Of a stretch of DNA of 64,000 nt, positions 30,174 to 39,824 are shown in pieces. A program made the position numbers and the translations under genes. The notes beneath the pieces were generated by a model that was not told where the DNA came from, did no database searches, and was given only the letters and a program-made list of their open reading frames with translations. Numbering within the stretch: the first letter of the stretch is position 1; every line of letters starts with the position of its first letter. The stretch comes from an uncultured Lachnospiraceae bacterium (GTDB lineage Bacteria > Bacillota > Clostridia > Lachnospirales > Lachnospiraceae): contig CAZICB010000001.1 of assembly GCA_964537765.1 (NCBI GenBank), positions 107,078-171,077 of the forward strand, read 5' to 3'.

Positions 30174-31325
30174 ATGAAAAAGGAAGTATGGAGCATTGTG
30201 TTGGCAGCTGCTATGGTGTCCTCATTGACGGCCTGCGGCGGTTCTAGCACCCAGCAGACTACGGCGGCGCCGGCAGAGACCACGGCAGCGGCAGAGACTA
30301 CGGCCGCAGCAGAGAGCGCAGAGAGCGCAGAGGAAGCAGGCAGCGAACTTCCCAGCTTTGAGGGACAGGAGCTGAAGGTTTCCACCTTCTCCTTCAACGC
30401 GGAGCTGCTTCAGAAAAATGTTTATGATCCGTTTATGGAAGCTACCGGCTGTAAGCTGGTGGTAGAGGGCGGAAAGAACGCGGAGCGCGTGACCAAGATC
30501 AAAGAGACCCCGGAAAATTATGACGTGGTTATCATCGGCGATGCCTTTGTGGCGGATTTGATTGACGCGGATCTGCTGGAACCGCTGGATTCCTCAAAGC
30601 TTTCCAACCTGGAATTTGTGTATGATAATGCGAAGGCTCCTTTCGGAGACGAATATGGCCCGGCCTATACCTTTAACCGCCTGGGTATTGTCTATGACAA
30701 GTCCACCTGCCCCATCGAGATTACCTCCTGGGCAGATCTGTGGAATCCGGAGTTAGAAGACGCGGTAGCGATTCCGGACATCACCACCACCTCCGGCCCG
30801 CTGTTTTATTACTCCGTGGCTGAGATGGCCGGTCTGACTCCCGGGACCGATGACGACGCGATCTTTGAGAAGATGGCAGAGTTAAAGCCCAATGTCATGA
30901 AGACCTACACCAGCGCCAACGATACCATCACCATGCTGAACCAGGGTGAGATCTCTGTGGCGGTGCTGCTTGACTATTCCTATACGGCTGCCAGATCTGC
31001 GTCTGAGGATTATGTATGGGTGGACCCGGTGGAGGCCAGCTACAGCGGTTTCAATACCTTAAATATCGTCAAGGGCTGCCAGAATAAAGAGCTGGCTGAG
31101 GCATTTATCGACTTCTATATTTCCAAGGATGTACAGCTGGCTGAGGCTTTAGACGGCGTAGACTCTCCGGTACGCACCGATATCGAGCTGACAAAGGAGC
31201 AGGCGGCTAACTTCACCTATGGCAAGGAAATGATCGACGGTCTGTCCATTCCGGATTGGTCTGTAATCAATCAGAATAAAGCCGACTGGACCGAGAAGTG
31301 GAATGAGCTGTTCTCCGTACAGTAA
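30174..31325 (+). CDS. ABC transporter substrate-binding lipoprotein (PotD/AfuA-like)
   Basis: Lipobox LTAC, Ala/Thr linker, ITSWADLW, ELAEAFIDF. Confidence 0.88.
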   Translation: MKKEVWSIVLAAAMVSSLTACGGSSTQQTTAAPAETTAAAETTAAAESAESAEEAGSELPSFEGQELKVSTFSFNAELLQKNVYDPFMEATGCKLVVEGGKNAERVTKIKETPENYDVVIIGDAFVADLIDADLLEPLDSSKLSNLEFVYDNAKAPFGDEYGPAYTFNRLGIVYDKSTCPIEITSWADLWNPELEDAVAIPDITTTSGPLFYYSVAEMAGLTPGTDDDAIFEKMAELKPNVMKTYTSANDTITMLNQGEISVAVLLDYSYTAARSASEDYVWVDPVEASYSGFNTLNIVKGCQNKELAEAFIDFYISKDVQLAEALDGVDSPVRTDIELTKEQAANFTYGKEMIDGLSIPDWSVINQNKADWTEKWNELFSVQ

Positions 31326-31430
31326 ACGGCTATGCTAAGCCCGGCCGTGCCCTGATGGGCTTGCCTTGCTAAGCGCCGGAACACGGCCGCGTCTGCTGCC
31401 CCTGGCTGTTCCACAGATAAAGGAGTTCCC

Positions 31431-32210
31431 ATGAAGAAGAGTAAAGCATTACTGTTGGTTACCATACTGGTATATATTTTTCTGATCGGACCGCTGCTGA
31501 TCATCATGGCGGCGTCCTTCAGTGACACGACTTACCTGAAATTCCCGGGTGAGGGCTTTACCCTGCGCTGGTACGCGCAGATCATGCAGGTAAAGTCCTT
31601 TGGCAGCGCGGCCAAATACAGCATCCTGATTGCCTTTGGGGCAACCTTCGTGGCGTTGCTTTTAGGGCTTCCGGCGGCTTATGCGCTGAATCGCTACCGG
31701 TTTAAGGGGAAGGAATTGATCAAGGGATTGTTTTTGTCTCCGGTCCTGATCCCGGTGATCGTACTTGGTTTTGTGATGCTGCGCTATGTGGTGAACCGGT
31801 TTAAGCTTCCGGCGCTGCCCAGCCTTCTGATCGGACATACGATCCTTTCCATTCCTTACGTGATGCGTGTGGTGACCTCCAGCCTTGCAAACTTCGATTT
31901 CTCCATGGAGGAGGCTGCCCGGATTCTGGGCGCGGGGAATATGTATACCTTTTTCCACATTTTGCTGCCGAATATCAAGTCCGGCATTGTGTCAGCCTGT
32001 ATTATGGCAATCATCAATTCCTTCAACAATGTCTCTCTGTCGGCATTTTTGACCAGTGCCGGCGTATCGATGCTGCCGATTGAGATGATGGCTTATGTGG
32101 AATATCATTTTGACCCGACGATTGCCGCTCTGGCAACGCTTTTGATGGCGATTACCCTGGGCGTGATGCTGCTGATTGAGAAAACGTTGGGCTTAAAGAG
32201 TGTTGTATAG
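31431..32210 (+). CDS. ABC transporter permease (PotC-like)
   Basis: GFTLRWY, EEAARILGA and HILLPNI motifs. Confidence 0.88.
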   Translation: MKKSKALLLVTILVYIFLIGPLLIIMAASFSDTTYLKFPGEGFTLRWYAQIMQVKSFGSAAKYSILIAFGATFVALLLGLPAAYALNRYRFKGKELIKGLFLSPVLIPVIVLGFVMLRYVVNRFKLPALPSLLIGHTILSIPYVMRVVTSSLANFDFSMEEAARILGAGNMYTFFHILLPNIKSGIVSACIMAIINSFNNVSLSAFLTSAGVSMLPIEMMAYVEYHFDPTIAALATLLMAITLGVMLLIEKTLGLKSVV

Positions 32211-32211
32211 A

Positions 32212-32259
32212 AAATGCGAAGAGACACGTCAGCGGCGAGCCTCATCGCATTCTGATGAA
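32212..32259. repeat. palindromic repeat family B copy
   Basis: 38/48 identity by manual alignment to 52636-52683. Confidence 0.75.
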
Positions 32260-32360
32260 CAAAAGCCGGAGAACTGCCGCAGGGCAGTGCTTCCGGATGT
32301 TTAACGATCCTTGTAGGGCGGGCGGCGCGGAGGAATCCGGCCTCCTGCCCTATTGCCGGT

Positions 32361-33272
32361 TTAGCGGAAAAAATCCCTGGAATCCGGCAGGCGTTCCGGC
32401 GGCAGAGTGGCTCCGCTGACGCCGATGACGGCGGCGGAAACCCGGTTGGCGTAAGCGACAGCTCTTTCCAGAGGAAGGTCCCGAGTCAGGCAGGCCAGGA
32501 TGGTGCCGATGTGGGCATCGCCGGCCCCGATGGTGTCCGCGATCTGAGGACAGGCTGCAGGCGGAGCCAGGAAGGAGGAGCCGTCTGCTTTCAGGCAGTA
32601 GGCGCCCTTTGCCCCGAGGGTGATGATTACGGTGTTTTTGGTCTGATTTTGCAGGCGGCTTGCCGCGTCGCGGAAATTTCCCTCGCCGGAAAGCTGCAGG
32701 CTTTCCGATTCATTAATATGAAGGAGAGGATGGAGCGCCATCATGCGTGCCGTCTTTTCCGGCGATATTTTGACACCCCGTGGACCGGGGGCGTAGCAGA
32801 CAGAAAGCCTGGGGTGCTCCTCCAGATATTCGATCAGCTGGATGCCTGTGGTCTCTTCGATCTCTAACCCACATACGTAGGCGATGCCGTATTGGCTGGC
32901 CGGGAAGGAGTCCATCCAGGATTTTTGGAAGGTGTATTCCGCTCCGTGGACGGACAGGAAGGTACGCTCGCCGCTGGCCTCTACCAGACAGTAGCAGCAG
33001 CCGTTTTCCTGATCCGGGATGCGGATAGGAACCGAAAGCCCCAGGCGCTTCAGCTCCTTGGCGGTAAAATCCCCGTAGCTGCCTCCGCCCACCGGGGATA
33101 CCAGGGTGTGAGGGGCGTCAAGCAGGCGCATGATCCAGGCCACATTGAAGGCGCAGCCGCCCAAGGCCATGGACTGGGAGGAGGGACGGATGTTTTCTTC
33201 TGATTTTGGCAGGTGGTCAATATGGATGATGACATCGACACAGGTAGAGCCGATAATCAATGCAGGTTTCAT
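32361..33272 (-). CDS. PfkB-family carbohydrate kinase (YegV-like)
   Basis: GGCAFNVA, GERTF, TLGAKGA and DTIGAGDAH motifs. Confidence 0.9.
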   Translation of the reverse strand: MKPALIIGSTCVDVIIHIDHLPKSEENIRPSSQSMALGGCAFNVAWIMRLLDAPHTLVSPVGGGSYGDFTAKELKRLGLSVPIRIPDQENGCCYCLVEASGERTFLSVHGAEYTFQKSWMDSFPASQYGIAYVCGLEIEETTGIQLIEYLEEHPRLSVCYAPGPRGVKISPEKTARMMALHPLLHINESESLQLSGEGNFRDAASRLQNQTKNTVIITLGAKGAYCLKADGSSFLAPPAACPQIADTIGAGDAHIGTILACLTRDLPLERAVAYANRVSAAVIGVSGATLPPERLPDSRDFFR

Positions 33273-33375
33273 GGGATGATCTCCTTATCCTAAGTATTTG
33301 TTTTGTCATAAGTATACGCCAGGAGGGCAAATGGTGCAAGCCTTTGTCGGAAATCGGCGATTGGGAGGAATTGAT

Positions 33376-34752
33376 ATGGGAAAAGAAGAAAATGTAACAG
33401 AAGAAAATGTAACAGGAGCGGATTACGTGGTAGAAACCATCATCCGGCAGGCAAAGCTGCTGGATGAAAAAAGCCGGGCCAGGAGGCGGGATTTCCACCG
33501 GTATCCGGAGACAGCCTGGCTGGAAATGCGCACGTCGGCGATTATAGCCAAGGCATTAACAGAGTTAGGCTATGAAGTTCTCACCGGGCGTCAGGTGTGT
33601 CTGGAGGAAGCCCGCATCGGCGTGCCTTCCCGGGAAATCCTCAAGGAGCATGCCAGGCTGGCATTGTCCCAGGGAGCGCCGGAGGAGTATTTGACCGAGG
33701 ACATGCGCCAGGGCTTTACCGGCGTGATCGGCATCCTTCGCTGCGGCCCGGGACCGGTGACAGCGCTGCGGTTTGACATTGACGCCCTGGGGCTTAATGA
33801 GGATCAGAGAGCAGATCACAGGCCTTACGCCGAGGGCTTTTCCTCCCAAAATCCGGGGATGATGCATGCCTGCGGCCATGACGGCCATGCAGCTATCGGC
33901 CTTGGTACAGCGGAGGTTTTGATGAAGCTTCGGGATCAGCTTCACGGCACCGTCAAGCTGATTTTTCAGCCAGGAGAGGAAGGGACCAAGGGCGCCAGGG
34001 CCATCGTCGCCCATGGCCATCTAGATGATGTGGATTATTTCGCGGCCACCCATGTGGCGCCCACCCACGGTCCTGATGACGGGGCAGTGACGCCGGGCAC
34101 CTGGGGTTCCCTGGCAACCAGCAAGTATGACGCCCATTTTTATGGCTGCGCCGCCCACGCCGGCGGATTCCCGGAGAAGGGCTGCAGCGCCATCACGGCC
34201 GCGGCAAACGCGGTGCTGAATTTAAACGGCATTCCCCGCCACAGCGGAGGTATTTCCCGGGTTAATGTGGGCGTCATAAGCGGCGGTACCTCCCGGAATG
34301 TGGTGCCGGACCATGCGATGATTCAGCTGGAGGTGCGGGGAGAAACCACGGAAATAAATCGCTATTTGAGTGAACAGGCCTGTCGGATCTGCCAGGCCTC
34401 TGCCGCCATGTCCGGCTGCCGCTGTGAGATGATTTTGCAGGGAGCGGCGGAGTCCCAGCACAGTGATGAGGACTTTATAGAGCAGATCGCCGAGGTCATC
34501 CGCCGGGATCTGCCCCACCTGCCGGTCAGCAGTTGCATCAACGCCCAGAATTGGGGCAGCGAGGACGTTTCCCTGATGATGAATCGGGTGCAGGCCCACG
34601 GCGGGAAGGCCACCTATATGCGCTCCATGACCGATATGCCTTCCGCCCAGCATACGACCGCCTTTGATTTTGATGAGCGGGTGCTGGTGGATGCCATCGA
34701 GACCTTTTCTGTAATCGTGTGGGAGCTTATGGGAGAAAAAAGAAAAGGATAA
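33376..34752 (+). CDS. M20 family amidohydrolase (AbgA-like)
   Basis: [32 protein letters not shown] and GSED motifs; ATG 33376 behind GGAGG. Confidence 0.88.
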   Translation: MGKEENVTEENVTGADYVVETIIRQAKLLDEKSRARRRDFHRYPETAWLEMRTSAIIAKALTELGYEVLTGRQVCLEEARIGVPSREILKEHARLALSQGAPEEYLTEDMRQGFTGVIGILRCGPGPVTALRFDIDALGLNEDQRADHRPYAEGFSSQNPGMMHACGHDGHAAIGLGTAEVLMKLRDQLHGTVKLIFQPGEEGTKGARAIVAHGHLDDVDYFAATHVAPTHGPDDGAVTPGTWGSLATSKYDAHFYGCAAHAGGFPEKGCSAITAAANAVLNLNGIPRHSGGISRVNVGVISGGTSRNVVPDHAMIQLEVRGETTEINRYLSEQACRICQASAAMSGCRCEMILQGAAESQHSDEDFIEQIAEVIRRDLPHLPVSSCINAQNWGSEDVSLMMNRVQAHGGKATYMRSMTDMPSAQHTTAFDFDERVLVDAIETFSVIVWELMGEKRKG

Positions 34753-34756
34753 AAAA

Positions 34757-34913
34757 TTGTAACAGTTCAGTCAGTCTGCATATTCTTGCCCGGCTTCGCC
34801 GGACAAGAATCATCGGAGGTTCCTCCGATGTGAAAAACCGTGTAAAAGTGTGCTTACAAGCAAGCTTGACACCCACTTTCACACGTTTTTCCCGCCTGAC
34901 TGAACTGTTACAA
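34757..34913. repeat. 157-bp multi-hairpin element with 18-bp perfect terminal inverted repeats (REP/MITE-like)
   Basis: ttgtaacagttcagtcag/ctgactgaactgttacaa enclosing three hairpins; CTGAACTGTTAC end recurs at 47538-47549. Confidence 0.8.
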
Positions 34914-34921
34914 AAAATTTG

Positions 34922-34970
34922 CGGGTGTCAAGAAAAAATACTTGACACCCGTAAGGCTTTCGTGTATGAT
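34922..34970 (+). promoter_or_regulatory. ylxM-ffh promoter with inverted repeat over the -35
   Basis: TTGACA 34942-34947, 17 bp, TATGAT 34965-34970; cgggtgtcaag-N8-cttgacacccg. Confidence 0.75.
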
Positions 34971-34985
34971 AACACAGGTGATGTT

Positions 34986-35327
34986 ATGGAAAGCATTGTG
35001 AAACAAAGTATGTTGTATGATTTCTACGGGGAGCTTTTGACGGAGCACCAGCGGGCTGTTTACGAGGATGTGGTGTTTCAGGACTTATCCTTGAGCGAGA
35101 TCGCCCAGGAGCAGGGCATCAGTCGTCAGGGCGTTCATGACCTGATCAAGCGCTGTGACAGGATTCTGCTTGGCTATGAGGAGAAGCTTCATCTGATCAG
35201 CAAGTTTGAGAAGACCCGGGGCATGGTGGAGGAGATCCATCAGAAGACCCGCCGGTTTAAGGAAACCAAGGATGAATCCCTGATCACAGAGATTGAACAA
35301 ATATCCAATGACATCATGGAGCTGTAG
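34986..35327 (+). CDS. ylxM: YlxM (UPF0122) HTH protein
   Basis: [31 protein letters not shown]; upstream of ffh; start at ATG 34986. Confidence 0.93.
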   Translation: MESIVKQSMLYDFYGELLTEHQRAVYEDVVFQDLSLSEIAQEQGISRQGVHDLIKRCDRILLGYEEKLHLISKFEKTRGMVEEIHQKTRRFKETKDESLITEIEQISNDIMEL

Positions 35328-35365
35328 CCTGCCCTGGGCGGGAGACAGCAGGCAGGAGGACCGAT

Positions 35366-36724
35366 ATGGCTTTTGAAAGCTTATCCGATAAATTGCAAAA
35401 TGTATTTAAGAACCTGCGGGGCAAGGGGCGCTTAAGCGAGGCGGACGTAAAAGCCGCTTTGAAGGAAGTAAAGATGGCGCTTCTGGAAGCAGACGTCAGC
35501 TTCAAGGTGGTAAAGCAGTTCATCAGCTCTGTACAGGAGCGGGCTGTGGGCGAGGAGGTTCTAGGTTCTTTGCAGCCGGGGCAGATGGTGATCAAGATTG
35601 TAAATGAGGAACTGGTCCGTCTGATGGGTTCCGAGACCACCGAGATCGCCTTAAAGCCGTCCAATGAAATTACAGTCATTATGATGGCTGGACTTCAGGG
35701 CGCGGGTAAAACCACCACCACGGCAAAGATCGCCGGGAAGCTGAAGGCGAAGGGCAGAAAGCCCCTGTTAGCAGCCTGTGACGTGTACCGCCCGGCTGCC
35801 ATCCAGCAGCTGCAGATCAACGGCGAGAAGCAGGGCGTTCCTGTATTCTCCATGGGAGAAAATCAGAATCCGGTGAATATCGCCAAGGCCGCGGTGGAGC
35901 ATGCGGCAAAGAATGGCTACAATGTAGTCATCCTGGATACCGCGGGACGTCTTCATGTGGATGAGGAGATGATGGAGGAGCTGGTTAATATCCGCGATGC
36001 GGTGAATGTGGACCAGACCCTTTTGATCGTAGATGCCATGACCGGACAGGATGCGGTCAATGTAGCGGCCAGCTTCAATGAAAAGGTAGGCATCGACGGC
36101 GTGATTTTGACCAAGTTAGACGGCGATACCCGGGGCGGCGCGGCCCTTTCTATCCGCTCCGTGACCGGAAAGCCGATTCTCTATATTGGTATGGGAGAAA
36201 AGCTCTCCGATTTGGAACAGTTTTATCCGGATCGGATGGCCTCCCGGATTCTGGGTATGGGAGACATCCTTACCCTGATCGAAAAGGCGGAGCTGGAGGT
36301 AGACGAGGCAAAGGCCCGGGAGATGAGCCAAAAGCTGCGCAAAGCAGAGTTTGACTACAATGATTTCCTGGATCAGATGCAGCAGATCAAAAAAATGGGC
36401 GGCGTGGCCAGCATCATGAGCATGATGCCGGGCATGGGCCAGATGAAGGGCGGCATGCCGGAGGTGGACGAGTCCGCCATGGGCCGTGTGGAGGCGATCA
36501 TCCTCTCCATGACCAAGCAAGAGCGGGCAAATCCATCCCTGATGAATCCGTCCAGAAAGCAGCGGATTGCCAGGGGCGCCGGAGTGGACATCAGCGAGGT
36601 GAACCGCATTGTCAAGCAGTTTGACCAGATGAAGAAAATGATGAAGCAGCTTCCCGGCATGATGGGCAAAAAGGGACGGGGCGGCCTGGGCGGAATGCTT
36701 GGAAAGTTCAAAATGCCCTTTTAA
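35366..36724 (+). CDS. ffh: signal recognition particle protein Ffh
   Basis: GLQGAGKTT, DVYRPAA, DTAGR motifs; M domain. Confidence 0.97.
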   Translation: MAFESLSDKLQNVFKNLRGKGRLSEADVKAALKEVKMALLEADVSFKVVKQFISSVQERAVGEEVLGSLQPGQMVIKIVNEELVRLMGSETTEIALKPSNEITVIMMAGLQGAGKTTTTAKIAGKLKAKGRKPLLAACDVYRPAAIQQLQINGEKQGVPVFSMGENQNPVNIAKAAVEHAAKNGYNVVILDTAGRLHVDEEMMEELVNIRDAVNVDQTLLIVDAMTGQDAVNVAASFNEKVGIDGVILTKLDGDTRGGAALSIRSVTGKPILYIGMGEKLSDLEQFYPDRMASRILGMGDILTLIEKAELEVDEAKAREMSQKLRKAEFDYNDFLDQMQQIKKMGGVASIMSMMPGMGQMKGGMPEVDESAMGRVEAIILSMTKQERANPSLMNPSRKQRIARGAGVDISEVNRIVKQFDQMKKMMKQLPGMMGKKGRGGLGGMLGKFKMPF

Positions 36725-36799
36725 TTACGCGAACAATACAGAATCCTGTATTGGTTTATAGATCATGATTATTTTATTTATTTCAGGAGGAAAACAAAA

Positions 36800-37042
36800 A
36801 TGGCTGTAAAAATGAGACTTAGAAGAATGGGCGCGAAGAAGAAACCGATCTACAAGATCGTTGTGGCGGATTCCCGGGCGCCGAGAGACGGCAGATTCAT
36901 CGAGGAGATCGGTACCTACAACCCGAATCTGGAGCCCAGCGCCATCAAATTCGACGAGGAAGCTGCAAAGAAATGGCTTGCAAATGGTGCACAGCCCACT
37001 GATCGCGTAGCAAAGCTTTTGAAGAATGCCGGTATCCAGTAA
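36800..37042 (+). CDS. rpsP: 30S ribosomal protein S16
   Basis: [21 protein letters not shown]. Confidence 0.97.
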   Translation: MAVKMRLRRMGAKKKPIYKIVVADSRAPRDGRFIEEIGTYNPNLEPSAIKFDEEAAKKWLANGAQPTDRVAKLLKNAGIQ

Positions 37043-37096
37043 GATAAGAATCCGCCTTTTTGCATAGCTGTAGTTAAGACAGTACGAGGTGATGCT

Positions 37097-37324
37097 ATGA
37101 AAGAATTAGTTGAGGTTATTGCGAGAGCATTAGTTGATAATCCCGATGAAGTAGTTGTGACCGAGACGGAAAAGGATGGCGAGACCCTGGTGGAATTAAA
37201 GGTCGCCCCATCTGACATGGGTAAGGTTATCGGCAAACAGGGACGCATTGCCAAAGCGATCCGTTCCGTGGTTAAGGCCGCTGCATCAAAGGAAGAGAAA
37301 AAGGTTGTTGTGGATATTCAATAG
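37097..37324 (+). CDS. khpA: KH-domain RNA-binding protein KhpA
   Basis: DMGKVIGKQGRIAKAIR. Confidence 0.93.
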   Translation: MKELVEVIARALVDNPDEVVVTETEKDGETLVELKVAPSDMGKVIGKQGRIAKAIRSVVKAAASKEEKKVVVDIQ

Positions 37325-37334
37325 CCAGGAGGAG

Positions 37335-37368
37335 GGCTGTCGTGAGGGAAACCTGCGGCAGCTTTTTT
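37335..37368 (+). terminator. intrinsic terminator after khpA
   Basis: ggctgtcgt..agg/cct..gcggcagct stem plus T tract. Confidence 0.6.
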
Positions 37369-37393
37369 GTTTCATTGAAAATGAGGTAAAAAT

Positions 37394-37906
37394 ATGGACG
37401 ATACATTGCGGGTTGGCGTGATTTCATCCACCCATGGGATCAAGGGAGAGGTAAAGGTATTTCCTACCACGGATGACGCGGCGCGGTTTAAAAAGCTGAA
37501 AACGGTGATCCTGGATACCGGGCGGGAGCAGATGACTTTGAACATTCAATCAGTCAGGTTTTTTAAGAACATGGTCATCCTGAAATTTAAGGAATTTAAT
37601 GATATTGATGAGATCGGAAAATATAAGGGCAGGGACCTTCTGATCCACCGGGATCAGGCGGTAAAGCTGGAGCCGAATGAGAATTTTATTGTGGATTTGA
37701 TCGGACTTTCTGTGGTCACTGATGAGGGTGAGGACTTCGGCATCATGAAGGATGTGCTCCAGACCGGGGCCAACGATGTCTACGTCATCGAGCATAAAAG
37801 CGGCAAGGAATATTTGTTCCCGGCAATCAAGGACTGCATTTTGAAGGTGGATCTGGAAAAAAAGGAAATGACCGTCCACGTGATGGACGGATTATTAGAT
37901 TTGTAG
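37394..37906 (+). CDS. rimM: ribosome maturation factor RimM
   Basis: [14 protein letters not shown] and TGANDVY motifs. Confidence 0.95.
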   Translation: MDDTLRVGVISSTHGIKGEVKVFPTTDDAARFKKLKTVILDTGREQMTLNIQSVRFFKNMVILKFKEFNDIDEIGKYKGRDLLIHRDQAVKLEPNENFIVDLIGLSVVTDEGEDFGIMKDVLQTGANDVYVIEHKSGKEYLFPAIKDCILKVDLEKKEMTVHVMDGLLDL

Positions 37907-37918
37907 GAGACATCGGGC

Positions 37919-38710
37919 ATGAATTTTCATATTATGACATTATTTCCTGATATGGTTCTGGACGGATTGAATACCAGCATCATCGGCCGGGCTGTGGACA
38001 AAGGACTGATCTCCATCGAGGCGGTCAATATCCGGGATTATACGAAAGAAAAGCACGGCCATGTGGACGACACTCCCTACGGCGGCGGGGCCGGCATGGT
38101 CATGCAGCCAGCTCCGGTCTGTGATGCCTATCGGGCTCTCTGCGATCGCATCGGAAAGCATCCCAGGGTGCTTTATATGACGCCCCAGGGTAAGGTTTTT
38201 AATCAGAAGATCGCCGAGGAGCTGGCTAAGGAGGATGAGCTGGTATTTTTGTGCGGTCATTATGAAGGAATCGATGAGAGGGCGCTGGAGCTGATCGTGA
38301 CCGATTATCTTTCCATCGGAGATTATGTGCTGACCGGCGGCGAACTGCCGGCCATGGTGATGATCGACACCATTTCCCGGCTGGTGCCCGGGGTTTTAAA
38401 TAATGATGTCTCCGCCGAAATCGAGTCCTTCCATGATAATCTGTTGGAATACCCCCAATACACCCGGCCGGAGGTCTATGAGGGGCTGCGGGTGCCGGAG
38501 GTGCTTTTATCCGGCCATCACAAAAACATCGAAACCTGGCGCCGCCAAAAAGCCATTGAACGCACTCTGGAGCGGCGGCCGGACCTTTTGGAGGAAGCCA
38601 ATTTGTCCAGGAAGGAACGGCAGTATTTAGATGAGTTATTGCAGAAAAAACAAGCTAAAACCCCTTGCATTTCCAAGGAATCTATGGTAATATATGACCG
38701 TTGTGACTAG
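37919..38710 (+). CDS. trmD: tRNA (guanine37-N1)-methyltransferase
   Basis: VDDTPYGGGAGM, CGHYEGIDER and SIGDYVLTGGE motifs. Confidence 0.97.
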   Translation: MNFHIMTLFPDMVLDGLNTSIIGRAVDKGLISIEAVNIRDYTKEKHGHVDDTPYGGGAGMVMQPAPVCDAYRALCDRIGKHPRVLYMTPQGKVFNQKIAEELAKEDELVFLCGHYEGIDERALELIVTDYLSIGDYVLTGGELPAMVMIDTISRLVPGVLNNDVSAEIESFHDNLLEYPQYTRPEVYEGLRVPEVLLSGHHKNIETWRRQKAIERTLERRPDLLEEANLSRKERQYLDELLQKKQAKTPCISKESMVIYDRCD

Positions 38711-38717
38711 AAAAAGA

Positions 38718-38755
38718 GATGGTCCTCTGGTGCAGGTCGTGCATTATAGAACATC
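38718..38755 (+). ncRNA. L19 ribosomal leader
   Basis: GATGGTCCTCTG-gtgca..tgcat-GAACATC hairpin with internal loop just 5' of rplS. Confidence 0.65.
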
Positions 38756-38780
38756 AAACATATGAAGGAGGTTCACACAA

Positions 38781-39128
38781 ATGAACGAAATTATTAAAAA
38801 CATCGAAGCAGCTCAGCTGAAGGAGTCCGTACCGGAGTTCCGTGTTGGCGATACCGTCCGGGTATACAACAAGATCAAAGAGGGTAACCGTGAGAGAATC
38901 CAGGTATTCGAGGGTACTGTGATCAAGAGACAGAACGGCGGCGCCAGAGAGACCTTCACGGTTCGTAAGAATTCCAATGGCATCGGCGTTGAGAAGACCT
39001 GGCCGGTACATTCCCCGTTTGTTGACAATATCGAGGTTGTCCGTCACGGTAAAGTAAGACGTGCGAAATTGAACTACTTGAGAGACAGAGTTGGTAAAGC
39101 AGCGAAAGTGAAAGAGTTAGTTAAATAA
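38781..39128 (+). CDS. rplS: 50S ribosomal protein L19
   Basis: [27 protein letters not shown]. Confidence 0.97.
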   Translation: MNEIIKNIEAAQLKESVPEFRVGDTVRVYNKIKEGNRERIQVFEGTVIKRQNGGARETFTVRKNSNGIGVEKTWPVHSPFVDNIEVVRHGKVRRAKLNYLRDRVGKAAKVKELVK

Positions 39129-39148
39129 CGATGTTTGAAAGCACTTTA

Positions 39149-39180
39149 TGGGGGACAATGAAAATTGTCCCTCAGTTTTT
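39149..39180 (+). terminator. intrinsic terminator after rplS
   Basis: tgggggacaat/attgtccctca stem plus gttttt. Confidence 0.7.
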
Positions 39181-39231
39181 CATGTACAGGGACGATGTAC
39201 CATCCCTGAAAAATGATATGGGAGAGCATTT

Positions 39232-39783
39232 GTGAAATTTTATGAAATGAACGAACAAAATCTCATCCGGCGGGTGTTTGGATGGATTGTGGACATTGCG
39301 GTGGCGCTGGCCTTTGCCTGGTTCTGCCTTCATTGCTTTGGAACTCAGGTACAGATGGTTGGCCAGTCCATGACTCCGCTTTTGCAGCCCGGGGATGTGG
39401 TGTTGGTCAACCGTCTTGCCTATGATTTCGGAAAACCGGACCGCATGGATATCGTGGTATTTCGCCGGGAGGACAACAAGGCAAACATCAAGCGGGTCAT
39501 CGGGATTCCCGGGGATGTGGTTCAGATCCAGGACGGATGGATTTATTTGAACGGTGAAAAATTGGAGGCGGAGGACGGTCTGGGAGAGGTGGCTCTTGCC
39601 GGTCTGGCGGAGCATCCGATCGAGCTGGGGGAAGGAGAATACTTCCTTTTGGGAGATAACCGGGACAGCAGCGAGGACAGCCGGTTTGTCAATATCGGCA
39701 ATGTGAAGGAGGACCAGATCCTTGGTAAGGTCTGGCTGCGGCTGTTTCCTTTGATTGATATCAGCCTGATCCGTTCCCATTGA
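39232..39783 (+). CDS. lepB: signal peptidase I
   Basis: N-terminal TM; GQSM (Ser), IKRVIG (Lys) and GDNRDSSEDSR motifs. Confidence 0.92.
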   Translation: MKFYEMNEQNLIRRVFGWIVDIAVALAFAWFCLHCFGTQVQMVGQSMTPLLQPGDVVLVNRLAYDFGKPDRMDIVVFRREDNKANIKRVIGIPGDVVQIQDGWIYLNGEKLEAEDGLGEVALAGLAEHPIELGEGEYFLLGDNRDSSEDSRFVNIGNVKEDQILGKVWLRLFPLIDISLIRSH

Positions 39784-39824
39784 GGGGGCGCAGAGGCAAT
39801 GAGAAGTAGCAGGAGGTAATTCCT

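Noticed and set aside
30255-30340. Repeats in lipoprotein linkers (ETTAAA/ESA in the SBP; EAAPA in LivK; ETE in DUF3048)
   Set aside because: Ordinary low-complexity tethers after lipoboxes
33384-33413. 15-bp duplication (EENVT x2) at the M20 hydrolase N-terminus; also aacagca x3 near 18840-18867 and gaataaaaagcctg x2 near 42717-42744
   Set aside because: Short slippage duplications with no evident function
34757-34913. Possible SRP RNA or tRNA next to ffh
   Set aside because: No SRP helix-8 CAGG..GGAA..AGCAG motif on either strand; no T-loop, D-loop or tRNA-sized arms
34719-34985. 89-aa N-terminal extension of ylxM in the ORF track
   Set aside because: It runs through the palindromic element and the promoter; YlxM homology starts at ATG 34986
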